Shown: positions 8,816 through 18,950 of the stretch, piece after piece
Position numbering within the stretch: position 1 is the first letter of the stretch
How the letters are laid out: each line of letters begins with the position of its first letter
Assembly (NCBI GenBank): GCA_039029735.1
Contig: JBCCFL010000019.1
Location: 12,924 to 76,923, forward strand
Direction of reading: 5' to 3'
DNA length: 64,000 nucleotides
DNA from: Actinomycetota bacterium
GTDB lineage: Bacteria > Actinomycetota > Acidimicrobiia > Acidimicrobiales > SZUA-35
Translations under genes and position numbers: made by a program
Notes under the pieces: generated by a model
Told to the model about the DNA's origin: nothing
The model's database searches: none
Seen by the model: only the letters and a program-made list of their open reading frames with translations

Positions 8816-10042
8816 GTGCCCCACACTCAACGTGGTGAGGGGGTGCCCCTATTGTGGGCGACCCACCCCGACGCCGACGCTTCGGGTATGACCGTCACCG
8901 GGCACTGGCCACCTCCTGTCGCCGACACCGTTTCGGAGTTGGCGCCGTCTGCGCCCATCGATCCCAGGCCACGACATCGCCGGCTGCTCCGTCGACGCCG
9001 GATCGTCGAGGCGGTACTCGTGCTCGGCCTGATAGCAGGCGCGCTCGCGTTCGACCGCTCACCGCTGTTCATCCTGCCGTTCGTGTTCGTGCTGGTGGTG
9101 CCCTTCGAGAAGCTCTTCCCCCGCCACCGGGGCCAACCGGTGCGTCGCCCTCAGGTCACCACGGATCTCAGCTACCTCCTGGCGGCTCCGGCTCTGAACA
9201 TCGCCACCGCGTCGGTCGCCATCGTGATCGGGATCGCATCGCTTGCCTGGATTCCCGGGCTGGCCCTGCGACCGGTGGTGGGGTTGATCCCCACCGTTGC
9301 GCTGCCGTTCGTGGGCTTCGTGCTCTTCGATGCCGTGTTCTACTGGGCGCATCGCTGGTCGCACGAGGTGCCGCTCCTGTGGCGCTTCCACGCCGTGCAC
9401 CACAGCACCGAACACCTCGATTGGGTGAGCGGGTTCCGGGTACATCCCCTCGACGGCGCCCTCGTGGCCCCGCCGTTCGTCTTGCTCGTGGCGGCCGGCT
9501 ACACCCCCGAGGTGGCGGGGGCCCTCGCAGTGATTCAGATCGCGCTCGGCATCTTCCTCCACGCCAACGTGCGATGGCGGCTGCGACCACTCCATCGCGT
9601 GGTGATGACACCCGAGTTCCATCACTGGCACCACACGAACGATCCCCAGGCGATCCACTCGAACTACGCCGCCTTCCTGCCGCTGTGGGATCAGCTGTTC
9701 GGCACCTACTTCATGCCCGCCGATCGACGGCCGCAGAACTACGGGATCGACGAGCCGATGCCGGCGGGGATGGTGGCGCAACTGCGCCACCCGTTCCGGG
9801 GGATCGGCAATCCGCTCGGCGGCATCCGTCGGCCCCTTTCCAGCGCGAGGTGGCTCGCCGGCCAGGTGGCGCTGGTGGTCCGCCAGATCGCCCGGTCGAC
9901 CACCAGGCCCCGCCACCAGCTCCCCACCGTGAGCAGCGCAGCGCGACGGCCCGCCCCGAACGCTGCACAGGCGACAGAGGCAGCACAGGCGACAGCGGCC
10001 ACCACGGCGCCGGAGGCGCTGACCTCAGAAGCTGTCGGGTAG
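8816..10042 (+). CDS. Fatty acid hydroxylase / sterol desaturase family membrane protein
   Basis: His-box motifs HRWSHE, HAVHHS and HHWHH occur in a polytopic membrane protein. The start is uncertain: GTG 8816 directly after the aminotransferase stop, or ATG 8888. The 3' end overlaps the convergent gene by 18 nt. Confidence 0.75.
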   Translation: MPHTQRGEGVPLLWATHPDADASGMTVTGHWPPPVADTVSELAPSAPIDPRPRHRRLLRRRRIVEAVLVLGLIAGALAFDRSPLFILPFVFVLVVPFEKLFPRHRGQPVRRPQVTTDLSYLLAAPALNIATASVAIVIGIASLAWIPGLALRPVVGLIPTVALPFVGFVLFDAVFYWAHRWSHEVPLLWRFHAVHHSTEHLDWVSGFRVHPLDGALVAPPFVLLVAAGYTPEVAGALAVIQIALGIFLHANVRWRLRPLHRVVMTPEFHHWHHTNDPQAIHSNYAAFLPLWDQLFGTYFMPADRRPQNYGIDEPMPAGMVAQLRHPFRGIGNPLGGIRRPLSSARWLAGQVALVVRQIARSTTRPRHQLPTVSSAARRPAPNAAQATEAAQATAATTAPEALTSEAVG

Positions 10043-12118
10043 GTCGCCGTGACCGACTCCCGGATCGGCATGGTCGACCTGGCCTCCGTTGGGCTCGGAC
10101 CGCTCGTCCCGGTTGAGATCGTTGAACTCTTGTTCCCGACGCCGGGCGTCGACCACGTCGGCCTCGCGTTGGCGTCGCTCGGCCTCGGCCTGGGCCTGGC
10201 GTTCTCGCTCCTGTTCGGCCCGTTCGATCTCTTGTGAGAGTTCGAACTCGGCGTCGGCCAGCTCGACCGCCGCCTCCTGTTCAGTGAACACACCGGCTGG
10301 GTCGCCCGTCTCACGAAGCTGCTCGCGGCGCAGCGCGTCGCGCCTGGCCAACAGCTCCTCGATCTCACGACGACGATCGGCGTCGATGGCGTCCGGCCCG
10401 ACGTAGGCGACACCAATGCTGCCGAAGGTGAAGGTGTTGCCGGTGAGGAACGACACGGCGGCATCGAGGCCCTTGGCCCGAGCGCTGGCGACACCGAGCA
10501 GGCTCCCTGCCGCTTCCCCTGCGGTGGTGGTGAGGAACCCGGCGTCGATGTCATCGGCCCGCAGATCGTCGAGATCGGCGATCTCGTTGTTGAGGGCATC
10601 GATGCGCCCTTCGAGCGCTGCGATGTCGTTCTTGGTTTCCTCGTCCAACGCAAAGCCCTCTTCGTCGGCGTCGGCGATCGCCCGGTCGAGCTGTTCCTGG
10701 CGGATCTGCTCCTGTTGGGCCCGGAGTTCGCGTATCTCCTCGTCGTACTCCTCCACCTGAGCGCGGGCCGCATAGTCCTCGGCCACGGCGATCCCGCCGA
10801 CCACCACTGCGGCCGCGACCCCGGGAGGGCCCAGGAACGACGCGCCGAACCCGATCGTGCCGCTGATCACGCCGAACTCGAACGATTCGCCCTCCCGTTC
10901 GCTCCGGGCCGCTGCGGTCGTGTCGATGCCCGCACCGATCTCGCTTAGTTCGTTCGCCAATTCGGCATCGGTCAGGCCACTGAGGCCGGCCGACGGGTCG
11001 GTCGAGGTCTCCGTTGAGGCCGATGCGAGCACCACGGAGCCATCGGTCGTCACGTCCACCGTGCCTGGCCCGGCGAACGCGGGGATTGCGGTGAGATCGA
11101 GCGGCTCGCCGGTCCGGCGGAAACGGGCTTCGGCGGCGATGGCCACGGCCCGGCTCACCTCGGCTTCGGAGAGCCCGGACGCCTCGCTCGTTGCGGCGAT
11201 CGAGATCTCGCCAGAGGCGAACCGGTCGAGGTTGTGATCGATCGCCCGGGTGGTGGCGGTGACGGCCAGCCCCTCATAGAGCCGCCGATTCACGAAGTCG
11301 ACGGCGAACCCAACCGGGGTGCGCCGATTGTCGATGGGCTCGGTTCGCGTCCGTTTCCGGTCCTCCTTGTCGCTACTGCTGTAGTAGGTCTCGGTGAAGG
11401 TGACACGCACCTCACCGCCCCCGAGCGCCCCTGCGAGCAGGCGGAGATCGCGGGCTTGATCGTCGGAGAGTCGGCCTTCGTCGATCGGCGTGCCCGACAG
11501 GAACGCCGGCAGATAGAACGCGTCGAGGCGATCCACCACGTCGGCCGGCAGAGGGGCCCCGGCGAGGTCGAGCAGGTCGGCGGTGGAGTCGATGCGCAGG
11601 TCGTCCACATCTGCGAGCGCGGCGAGCACGTGATCGCGGCGGATCACCCCGTTGAGGGCAAGCGCCTGGATCTGGAGGTTCAGCACCGCTCGGGGTACGC
11701 CGAGGGCGGCGGCGATCTCGTCGAGATCAGCCTCGGCGGCCACCCCTCGGGCGAAGAGCGCATCGAGCAGGGGTGTGGTCTCGTCGGGCCCGGCAGCGAG
11801 GGTGCCGTCTGCGATCGACGTGGCAAGCGCCTCCGCCACGGCCTCGCTCTCCGCGAGGGTCAGACCGAGGCGCACCACGAGATCGGCAGGGTCGACGGTG
11901 AATCCCTCAGCCACGTCGGCCCGCACCGTGAGCACGACCCCGACCCGCTGGAGGCCGAGGCCAACATCGTCGAGCGTGATCGGCACTGCCGACTCCAACT
12001 GCGACAGCGCGAGCGCAGCGGTGACGTCGCGCTGGATGCCGTCAGTCTGCTCCCCGGCTCCGGTCAACGCCGCAGCCAAGGCCCGGGTGGCGACAGGATC
12101 CAATCCGACGAACGCCAT
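10025..12118 (-). CDS. Hypothetical protein (~697 aa) with a central hydrophobic segment and a long acidic/basic coiled-coil C-terminal half
   Basis: ORF 10025..12166(-). I place the start at ATG 12118 because AAGGAG sits 6 nt upstream (cgaacAAGGAGcgcaccATG). N-terminus is MAFVGLDPVATRALAAALTGAG. There is a GFGASFLGPPGVAAAVVVGGIAVA hydrophobic stretch. The C-terminus is E/R/Q/A-rich (EIRELRAQQEQIRQEQLDRA..., ERAEQERERQAQAEAERRQREAD). I recognise no family. Confidence 0.6.
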   Translation of the reverse strand: MAFVGLDPVATRALAAALTGAGEQTDGIQRDVTAALALSQLESAVPITLDDVGLGLQRVGVVLTVRADVAEGFTVDPADLVVRLGLTLAESEAVAEALATSIADGTLAAGPDETTPLLDALFARGVAAEADLDEIAAALGVPRAVLNLQIQALALNGVIRRDHVLAALADVDDLRIDSTADLLDLAGAPLPADVVDRLDAFYLPAFLSGTPIDEGRLSDDQARDLRLLAGALGGGEVRVTFTETYYSSSDKEDRKRTRTEPIDNRRTPVGFAVDFVNRRLYEGLAVTATTRAIDHNLDRFASGEISIAATSEASGLSEAEVSRAVAIAAEARFRRTGEPLDLTAIPAFAGPGTVDVTTDGSVVLASASTETSTDPSAGLSGLTDAELANELSEIGAGIDTTAAARSEREGESFEFGVISGTIGFGASFLGPPGVAAAVVVGGIAVAEDYAARAQVEEYDEEIRELRAQQEQIRQEQLDRAIADADEEGFALDEETKNDIAALEGRIDALNNEIADLDDLRADDIDAGFLTTTAGEAAGSLLGVASARAKGLDAAVSFLTGNTFTFGSIGVAYVGPDAIDADRRREIEELLARRDALRREQLRETGDPAGVFTEQEAAVELADAEFELSQEIERAEQERERQAQAEAERRQREADVVDARRREQEFNDLNRDERSEPNGGQVDHADPGVGHGDLPDSF

Positions 12119-12269
12119 GGTGCGCTCCTTGTTCGTGTTCGTGCCAGGGTTCGAGCCCGATGGCACCAGTTGGTCGAGCCGTTTTCGCCGTCACCGGGGC
12201 GATCGGTTCCCGATTGGTGAGGATCGGCCTCGGATTCACCCCGGGGGCTCCCCGCTAGAGTCCCTCGGC

Positions 12270-12722
12270 GTGAGGCAAGCTGTGCTGCTCTTCGGAGCCC
12301 TGGCTCTGATCGTGGCTGGCTGCGCAGCCAACGACGAGAACGACGGCGATGGCACAGCCAACGTCACTGGGCCCACGTTCGTCGACCTCCGCTTCGATGG
12401 CGTGTTCACACTCGACGAGTTCGTGATCGAGGGCGAGGCGGCGCCCCTCACCGGCACGACCGCCGTCACGTTGGACGCCCAGTTCGGCGAGATCGCAGTG
12501 AGCAGCGCCTGCGGCACCCGGCTCGGCGCCTTCAGCCTCCTGCCAGATGGTCGAGCCGGCGTCACGATCGCCGGTGGTTCCACCCGGGAGTGCGGCGATG
12601 CGGCCGCAGCCCAGGAGGTGGCGCTCACGGCGGCGCTCAGTCGTGTCGACGCCTGGGAGGAATCAGATTCGACGCTGGTGCTTCTCAGCTCGGCTGAGGA
12701 TCAGCTCCGCCTCGTGCGCTGA
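12270..12722 (+). CDS. META-domain (HslJ-like) lipoprotein
   Basis: This is the C-terminal part of ORF 11652..12722, starting at GTG 12270 (VRQAVLLFGALALIVAGC, i.e. a lipobox). META-like features: ACGTRLGAF, STRECGD, and a TLVLLSS...LRLVR ending. Confidence 0.6.
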   Translation: MRQAVLLFGALALIVAGCAANDENDGDGTANVTGPTFVDLRFDGVFTLDEFVIEGEAAPLTGTTAVTLDAQFGEIAVSSACGTRLGAFSLLPDGRAGVTIAGGSTRECGDAAAAQEVALTAALSRVDAWEESDSTLVLLSSAEDQLRLVR

Positions 12723-13956
12723 GCGGATCCATCGGTTCGGCCCGCTCCCCGGGATCGGGCCCACGGAGATCGGGCCCCTCGGAATCGGTCTCAGCCCCAC
12801 GCTCGAACACCTGCACCGACAGCCCGCCGTGGCGAAATCGGGCCACCCGTCGCAGGCGACGATCGGCGGCAGCCGCAAGCTTGGGATCGGGGCACACCAT
12901 GGCCAGGCGCCAGCCGGGGAGGCGGTCACGCAGCACGGCACCGAAACGGCGGTAGAGGCCGTCCAGCGTGCCGTCGCCCAGTCGCTTCCCGTACGGCGGG
13001 TTGGCGGCGACGAGCCCAGGGGCGGGTAGCGCCTTGGTGTGCGACACCACCCTGGTCGAGAACTCGATGTCGCCGGCCACGCCAGCCCGTTCGGCGTTCG
13101 CCTCGGCCATGGCGATCACGGCGGAGTCGCGGTCGGCGCCAGCGATGATGGAGGGCGCCGATGCCGAGGCTCGGGCTGCGATCTCACCTCGAACACTGGC
13201 CCAGGTGCCGGAGTCGAACGTCGGCCACTCCTGGAAGGCGTAGGGCCGATCCCCGCCGGGTGGCAGACCGCGGGCCGCGAGGGCGGCTTCGATGGGGATC
13301 GTGCCGGCGCCGCAGAAGGGGTCGAGCAGGCCGACGTCGCCCGTCCATCCGCAGGCCATGAGCAGACCAGCCGCCATGGTGGTTCGCAGCGGCGCCTCAC
13401 CCAGCTCGGTGCGCCACGGCCGATGGTGGAGGGGCGCGCCGGATGCGTCGATCGACATGGTGACGGTGTTTCGATCGATCCGGACGATCACCAGCTGCTC
13501 GGGCTCGCCAGTGGACGGCGGGCCCACCACCTGATGGAGGCGCTGGGCGATGGCGTCGGTGTGGTAGAGCTTCGAGTCGGACGAGCTCACCCGGAACGAC
13601 GGTGCGTAGCCGGCGGGGAGCCAGCGATCCCACTCGATCTCGCCTGCCCGCTGCTGCAGGTGAGCGAAGTCGGTGGCGCGAAACGTGCCGACGCGAACCA
13701 CCACCCGCACTGCGGACCGGAGCCACACGTTGGCGGCGTAGAGCTGGCGCAGCGTGGGGTTGAACGCAACCGTGCCGGGGCCGGCGGGCTTCGGGCGGCA
13801 TCCGAGCGCCTCCAGCTCCTGGCGGCACACGAACTCCAGCCCGGGGGCGCAGACCGCAGCGGCGCTCAATCGGCGCGCCCCGCCTCGGTTGTTCTTCGCG
13901 CTGCCCGCCGACGCAGGCCGGCCCGGCGTTCGGTCCGATGTAGTGGGCGGTGTCAT
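12685..13956 (-). CDS. THUMP-domain class I SAM-dependent RNA methyltransferase (RlmL/RlmK-like)
   Basis: SAM-binding motif LLDPFCGAGTIPIEAA and catalytic motif NPPYGKR are present, with a THUMP-like N-terminal half. The C-terminal tail overlaps the convergent META gene by 38 nt. Confidence 0.75.
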   Translation of the reverse strand: MTPPTTSDRTPGRPASAGSAKNNRGGARRLSAAAVCAPGLEFVCRQELEALGCRPKPAGPGTVAFNPTLRQLYAANVWLRSAVRVVVRVGTFRATDFAHLQQRAGEIEWDRWLPAGYAPSFRVSSSDSKLYHTDAIAQRLHQVVGPPSTGEPEQLVIVRIDRNTVTMSIDASGAPLHHRPWRTELGEAPLRTTMAAGLLMACGWTGDVGLLDPFCGAGTIPIEAALAARGLPPGGDRPYAFQEWPTFDSGTWASVRGEIAARASASAPSIIAGADRDSAVIAMAEANAERAGVAGDIEFSTRVVSHTKALPAPGLVAANPPYGKRLGDGTLDGLYRRFGAVLRDRLPGWRLAMVCPDPKLAAAADRRLRRVARFRHGGLSVQVFERGAETDSEGPDLRGPDPGERAEPMDPLSARGGADPQPS

Positions 13957-14101
13957 CTCAGCGCCAAGCGTAACGGTCGTGACCCAACCAGCGGATCGTG
14001 CCGCAGACGCCGGCGCCTGCGCCCATGGGCGTCAGCCGTGCCGCGCCCACCGGCGCCACTCCGAGCTGCGTCACCCGGTGCGGCGGCACTCCCGGGCGGC
14101 G

Positions 14102-15121
14102 TCACGCAGACCAGCGGGATCGGCGGGTGGCGTCGGCGCCCAGCGATGCCCGTCGCAGGGCCCGTTCGAGCACATGCGGATCGCCGAGGCGCCGCCGGAG
14201 CTGATGCTCCAGACCGGCGATCGGGTACAGGTTCTGCGGCGCCCGGGCCTCACGGTGCGGCTCGCTGGCGAAACGGGGAAGCGCGGCGCTGATGGCATCG
14301 GCGCGGGCGGCAGCATCGTTGACGCCTGCGCCGTCGACCCTGGGCAGCTCGACGCGCACCACGCCGTCGAGCGCATGGGCCTGGTTCACCGGCAGGCGGA
14401 GATACCACGACCACCGGGGCCTCGGGTCGCCGATGGCGAACAACGGGGTGCGCTCCCCCGGGCCGAGCCGGGCGACCACCGCCTGGGTGGGCCCGTCGAG
14501 ATACTGGATCCGTTGGGTCTTCACGTACCCGGCACCGTTCAGGTGGCGGCGAGAGCGGAGGGGGCCGTCGTAGACGACGAGCTCACCCTCGGTGGCCAAC
14601 GCCTCGGAGACGGCCTCCTCGAGATCGGCCATGGCGTCGTTGATGGCCTGGTAGGTGGCCGACTCCTCCACGCCTCGGACAGGTCGAACCCGGTACCGGA
14701 TGGGTTCACCGGCCCCAGTGGCAGCGAGAACCTCGTCGCCGAGCCCTGGATGGTCACCAGCGCCACCGGGAGCGTCGCGTCGTTGCACGGCTTCCGGTGA
14801 GGTGAACACGGCCCGCTCCACCCGGGTGTCGATCACCTCGGCTCGGCCGGGAATGCACCGCACCGCACCAGCCCCGATCGTGGTGCACAGGCCCAACGCC
14901 GAGCCCTGGGGAGTATCGATCCACAGCCGACAGTCGATGCGTTGCACACCGTCGACGAACACGAGCTCGGAGGGCGCCGATCCCGGGTGCGGCCGGATTG
15001 GGGCCCACGTCTCGGGATCGACCTCGACGGACGCGTCGACCGTCGCTCCTTGGACCTCGTCGAGATCGTCGCGGGAGGCAGAACCGTAACCGGGCTCCCA
15101 GGTCTCAACGGTGAACCCCAT
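14102..15121 (-). CDS. Putative NurA-like nuclease, last gene of the herA-sbcD-sbcC operon
   Basis: 339-aa ORF whose ATG (15121) overlaps the sbcC stop by 1 nt (TGATG). The call rests mainly on operon position. An SELVFVDGVQRID stretch resembles the NurA N-terminal xxDGS acidic motif. The fold was not verified. Confidence 0.4.
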   Translation of the reverse strand: MGFTVETWEPGYGSASRDDLDEVQGATVDASVEVDPETWAPIRPHPGSAPSELVFVDGVQRIDCRLWIDTPQGSALGLCTTIGAGAVRCIPGRAEVIDTRVERAVFTSPEAVQRRDAPGGAGDHPGLGDEVLAATGAGEPIRYRVRPVRGVEESATYQAINDAMADLEEAVSEALATEGELVVYDGPLRSRRHLNGAGYVKTQRIQYLDGPTQAVVARLGPGERTPLFAIGDPRPRWSWYLRLPVNQAHALDGVVRVELPRVDGAGVNDAAARADAISAALPRFASEPHREARAPQNLYPIAGLEHQLRRRLGDPHVLERALRRASLGADATRRSRWSA

Positions 15122-17610
15122 CAGCGATCCACCCGGTCGATGGTCGAGGTGCCGCCGGCTGATCGCACCTCGAATCGCACCGGCATGCGCTCGGCCAGGT
15201 CGCGCACATGGGTGACCACGGTGACGAGTCGGCCTGCCGCCGACAGCTCCTCGATGGCCGAGGCCAACACGTCGAGCGTTTCGGGGTCGAGCGTTCCGAA
15301 TCCCTCGTCGAGGAAGATCGACTCCAGACGAGGGCCGTCGGTGGTGGCCAGCTCAGCGATCGACTCCGCCAACGCCAGCGCCAACGACAACGAGGCGAGG
15401 AAGATCTCGCCGCCCGACAGCGTGCGCACGTCTCGCCGTTCATCGGCGTTGCCGTGGTCGCGCACGGCGAACGAACCGTCGACCACCTCGAGCGAGTAGC
15501 GGCCGTTCGACAGCTCGTGAAGGCGCAACGTGGCGTGATGCACGAGATGGTCGAGCGCCTCCTGCAGCAGCCACCGCTCGAACCCGTTGGCTGCAAGGTG
15601 CCGGCCGAGCGACTCGTGCACCGTCTGCTCCTCGTCGAGCTCGGCGGCCTGACGCTCCAACTCGGTGCGGCGGCCGATGCCAGCATCGAGGGCCGCCATC
15701 TCGGCGTCGAGCCGGGCCCGAGCCGCCGCGGCCAAGGGAGCCAGGCGAGCCACGTCGTCGCTGTCAGCGGTGTCGAGATCGACGTCGGTGTCGAGGCCGG
15801 CGGCCGAGGCCTGAGCCCAGAGATCGGTGGCCAGTTTCGACCGGGCGGCCCGCAGTTCGACGCCGGCCGCCTCGATCTCGGCCAGCTGCTCCCCCAGAGC
15901 GGTCCGTCGGTCGGTCGCCCAGACCGTGAGGCGGGCCCAGGCGTTGGCCAGGGGCTGGTCGGGATCCCAGGCGGGCGCGCCGAGGGCGGTGACACGGTCG
16001 CGCTGGGCCACGAACTGGGGCCGGAGATCGGCCTCGCGGCCACTGATCGCATCGACGGCCGCTCTGGCCCTGCCGGCCGCGGTGTCGGCGCGGTCGACGG
16101 CGGCTGCGGCGGCGGACGATGCGACGGCGGCGGCCTCGGCCCGCTGGAGGTCGCCGGTCACCCGGTCGAGGGTGCTGGCGCCGGCCGCAAGTTCATCCGC
16201 CGTGAGCTGACCGGCAAGGCGCTCGTCGATCTCGGTGAGTTCAGCCCGGTGGCGGACAGCGGCGGCGGCGGCCGCATCAGTGCGCCCGTGCGCCCGAGCC
16301 GCAGCCACCGTGGCATCGTCGAGCGCCACGGCCACCGTGGCCACCAACTCGTCAGCGGTGGCGAGCGCGTCGGGCGAGGCCGTGGCTGGTACCTCGTGCA
16401 CCGTTTGTTCGCACACCGGGCACGCCTCACCGGCTCGTAGCTGATGCACCCACACGGCGGCGTCGGCCGCCTGACGGTGAGCGGCCAGCGCCGCCCGGGC
16501 GACCTCCATCTCCCCGGTGAGCCGGACCTGCTCGGCCTGCGCCGTGGTGGCGTCGGCCTCGGCCGTGCCGCGCTCGGCATCCACGTCGCGAATCTGGCTT
16601 ACGAGCGCCTCCCGCCGCACCAGCAGATCAGCGGTTCGGGCGAGCGTGGCCGCGTCGCCGGCTGCGTCGGCGGCCACCCGACACTCCTGCAGCTCGGTTC
16701 GAGCGGCGGCCAGGTCGGCCTCCGCGGCCACGGCGGCCAGGCGTGCCTGCTCCAGTTCGGTGTGGACGGCCGCCGCATGATCGGGCACGGCAACCGCGGC
16801 GAGGTCGGCGATGGCCGCTTCGGTGGTGCGGTATGTGGCGCGCCGGTCGCTCAGCTCCACATCGTGGCGCTCGATCTCGGCGAGCTGATCGCCGAGCGAG
16901 CCGGCGAACCCGTCGACCCGCTCCCCCTGCTCCGCCAGGGCGAGGCGAGCCGCGGGAGTGGCGGCCGCCAGGCGTTCGAGCTCGGCCCGCTGCGCGTCCA
17001 TCGCGTAGCCCGCACGAGTGGCCCGCTCTCGGGCCTGAGCCGCCATGTCGGCATAGAGGCCGAGATCGAGCAGGCGCCTCAGCAGGCGTTGGCGATTGGC
17101 CGGGTCGTCGGTGAGGAACTCGGCGAAGGCCCCCTGGGGGAGCACGATCGTGCGGGTGAACTGGGAGAAGTCGAGGCCGATCAAGGCTTGGACCTCGGCG
17201 TCCATCTCGCGCACCGATCCGGCGAGCACGGTGGTGGGGCCATCAGGGTCTGGCCCGTGCCAGCGCTCCAACCGAGCTTCCCGGGTCTTCGCTCGGGGTG
17301 GCGACCCTGGCGAGGCGTTCGACTCCGCTCGCCGCACCACCCGCACGGCGCTGTAGCGGGCACCAGCCAGCTCGAAATCGAAGCGCACCCGGGCCTCGAC
17401 CGCCAGCTGGCTGATCACTGGCGCCACCAGTGACGGATTGTCGTAGCGAGCCACGGAGCCGTAGAGGGCGAAGGTGATGGCGTCGATCACCGTGGACTTG
17501 CCCGATCCCGTTGGGCCCACGAGGGCGACGAGATCGAGGCCTGCGAAGTCGATCTCGGTGCGATCCCGGAAGGCACCGAACCCTTCGAGGTCGACTCGGA
17601 GCGGCCTCAC
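15121..17610 (-). CDS. sbcC: SbcC/Rad50-family DNA repair ATPase (829 aa)
   Basis: Walker A LVGPTGSGKST near the N-terminus. Long Ala/Glu/Arg-rich coiled coils with a central CxxC zinc hook (AGEACPVCEQ). C-terminal signature and Walker B: LSGGEIFLASLSLALALAE...IFLDEGFGTLD. The start overlaps the sbcD stop by 4 nt. Confidence 0.9.
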   Translation of the reverse strand: MRPLRVDLEGFGAFRDRTEIDFAGLDLVALVGPTGSGKSTVIDAITFALYGSVARYDNPSLVAPVISQLAVEARVRFDFELAGARYSAVRVVRRAESNASPGSPPRAKTREARLERWHGPDPDGPTTVLAGSVREMDAEVQALIGLDFSQFTRTIVLPQGAFAEFLTDDPANRQRLLRRLLDLGLYADMAAQARERATRAGYAMDAQRAELERLAAATPAARLALAEQGERVDGFAGSLGDQLAEIERHDVELSDRRATYRTTEAAIADLAAVAVPDHAAAVHTELEQARLAAVAAEADLAAARTELQECRVAADAAGDAATLARTADLLVRREALVSQIRDVDAERGTAEADATTAQAEQVRLTGEMEVARAALAAHRQAADAAVWVHQLRAGEACPVCEQTVHEVPATASPDALATADELVATVAVALDDATVAAARAHGRTDAAAAAAVRHRAELTEIDERLAGQLTADELAAGASTLDRVTGDLQRAEAAAVASSAAAAAVDRADTAAGRARAAVDAISGREADLRPQFVAQRDRVTALGAPAWDPDQPLANAWARLTVWATDRRTALGEQLAEIEAAGVELRAARSKLATDLWAQASAAGLDTDVDLDTADSDDVARLAPLAAAARARLDAEMAALDAGIGRRTELERQAAELDEEQTVHESLGRHLAANGFERWLLQEALDHLVHHATLRLHELSNGRYSLEVVDGSFAVRDHGNADERRDVRTLSGGEIFLASLSLALALAESIAELATTDGPRLESIFLDEGFGTLDPETLDVLASAIEELSAAGRLVTVVTHVRDLAERMPVRFEVRSAGGTSTIDRVDR

Positions 17611-18917
17611 AGGCCCATGCTCAGTTGCTCGGCGTCGGCGCTCTCGGCCGCCGACGAGGGGTCGGTGCGCTCGGGCTCGGCTGGTTCCGCCCCGTCGGCC
17701 ACCTCAGGGGTGACGTGCTCGTCGTGGAGCGCAGTGAACGCCGCCACCAGGCGGGGGTCGTTCACCTCTCGCTCGGTGAGGTACTCGGCGAAGAGCTCGG
17801 TGGGGCTCAGCCCATCGCGGCGGGCTCGCACCTGGGCGCGCTGGTCGCCCAACACCCGAGACTCGATCCGTACATCGACCACGGCAGGCCCGATGGCCGC
17901 TCGCACCTCGTCGGCGAGGCCGGCTCGGGCTTGCTCGGTGAGGCGCACCCGAATCCATGGCACGCCGGCATCGCCTCCATTGGCCACCGCCTCCTCGCCC
18001 GCTCCTCCCGAGCCGGAGCCGGGGAAGGCTCCGAGCTCACGAGCCTGCGCTCGCACGTCGTCGAGGGTGCCGACCAAGGTGACGAGCGATCGACCGGACC
18101 GCAGAGGCACCGCTGTCACCTTGGCCGGCAGACCGGGTTCGCAGGTTGCGAGGTTGATCTGCTTGATCTGGGCTTCTTCACCGAAGTCGAGCGCCAACGG
18201 AGAGCCGCAGTAGTGCACGGCCATTGGCGCCGGAAGCTGCTGAGGGCGGTGAAGATGGCCCAGGGCAACGTAGTTCGCCGTGGTGGGGAGATCGGGAATG
18301 GTCACGCCGTACTCGTCGGCCAGGTGGGCCGACCGCTCTCCCCCGCCGGCCTTGGCGCCGGTGACGAACAGGTGGGCGGCGAGCAGATTCACCGAGTCGC
18401 CGTCGAACCCGGTGGCCAGCGCTGCCATCACAGCCCTAATCCGCTCGGCGTAGGTCTGCACGTTCCGGAAGGCGGCCGAGTCCATGAGGTCGGCGGCTCG
18501 GATGATCGCCCGCTGGGACTGGAACGGCAACAGGGCCACGTTCACCGGCACGCCGCCGGCACTGAGCCGCAGCACCCCACCGTCATCGGGGCGCCGCAGG
18601 GCGGCCGCCATCGTGATGCGGCCGAGCTGCAGCGGCCGAGCCACAGCATCGAGGCGCCGCGGGTTGTCGTGATTGCCGGCGACAACCACCACCGGGGCGA
18701 CCTCCGCCAGATCGAGCAGGGCGTCGTAGACGAGCGCCTCACTCTCGGCGGTCGGCGCCGCAGTGTCGAACAGGTCGCCGACCACGAGCGACAGATCGAC
18801 CTCTTCGGCCCGGGCGACCGACACGATCTCGGCGAGCACGGCGCGATGCTCGCCAGCACGACTGTGGCCGCGGATCGCCTTCCCGACGTGCCAGTCAGAG
18901 GTGTGGAGCAGCTTCAT
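17607..18917 (-). CDS. sbcD: SbcD/Mre11-family nuclease
   Basis: MKLLHTSDWHVGK..., VVGDLFD and VVVAGNHDNP are calcineurin-like phosphoesterase motifs. I prefer ATG 18917; the ORF-track start 18926 is a GTG three codons upstream. Confidence 0.9.
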   Translation of the reverse strand: MKLLHTSDWHVGKAIRGHSRAGEHRAVLAEIVSVARAEEVDLSLVVGDLFDTAAPTAESEALVYDALLDLAEVAPVVVVAGNHDNPRRLDAVARPLQLGRITMAAALRRPDDGGVLRLSAGGVPVNVALLPFQSQRAIIRAADLMDSAAFRNVQTYAERIRAVMAALATGFDGDSVNLLAAHLFVTGAKAGGGERSAHLADEYGVTIPDLPTTANYVALGHLHRPQQLPAPMAVHYCGSPLALDFGEEAQIKQINLATCEPGLPAKVTAVPLRSGRSLVTLVGTLDDVRAQARELGAFPGSGSGGAGEEAVANGGDAGVPWIRVRLTEQARAGLADEVRAAIGPAVVDVRIESRVLGDQRAQVRARRDGLSPTELFAEYLTEREVNDPRLVAAFTALHDEHVTPEVADGAEPAEPERTDPSSAAESADAEQLSMGL

Positions 18918-18950
18918 GGCCGCCACCGCACTGCGACGAGGCCGACCATG

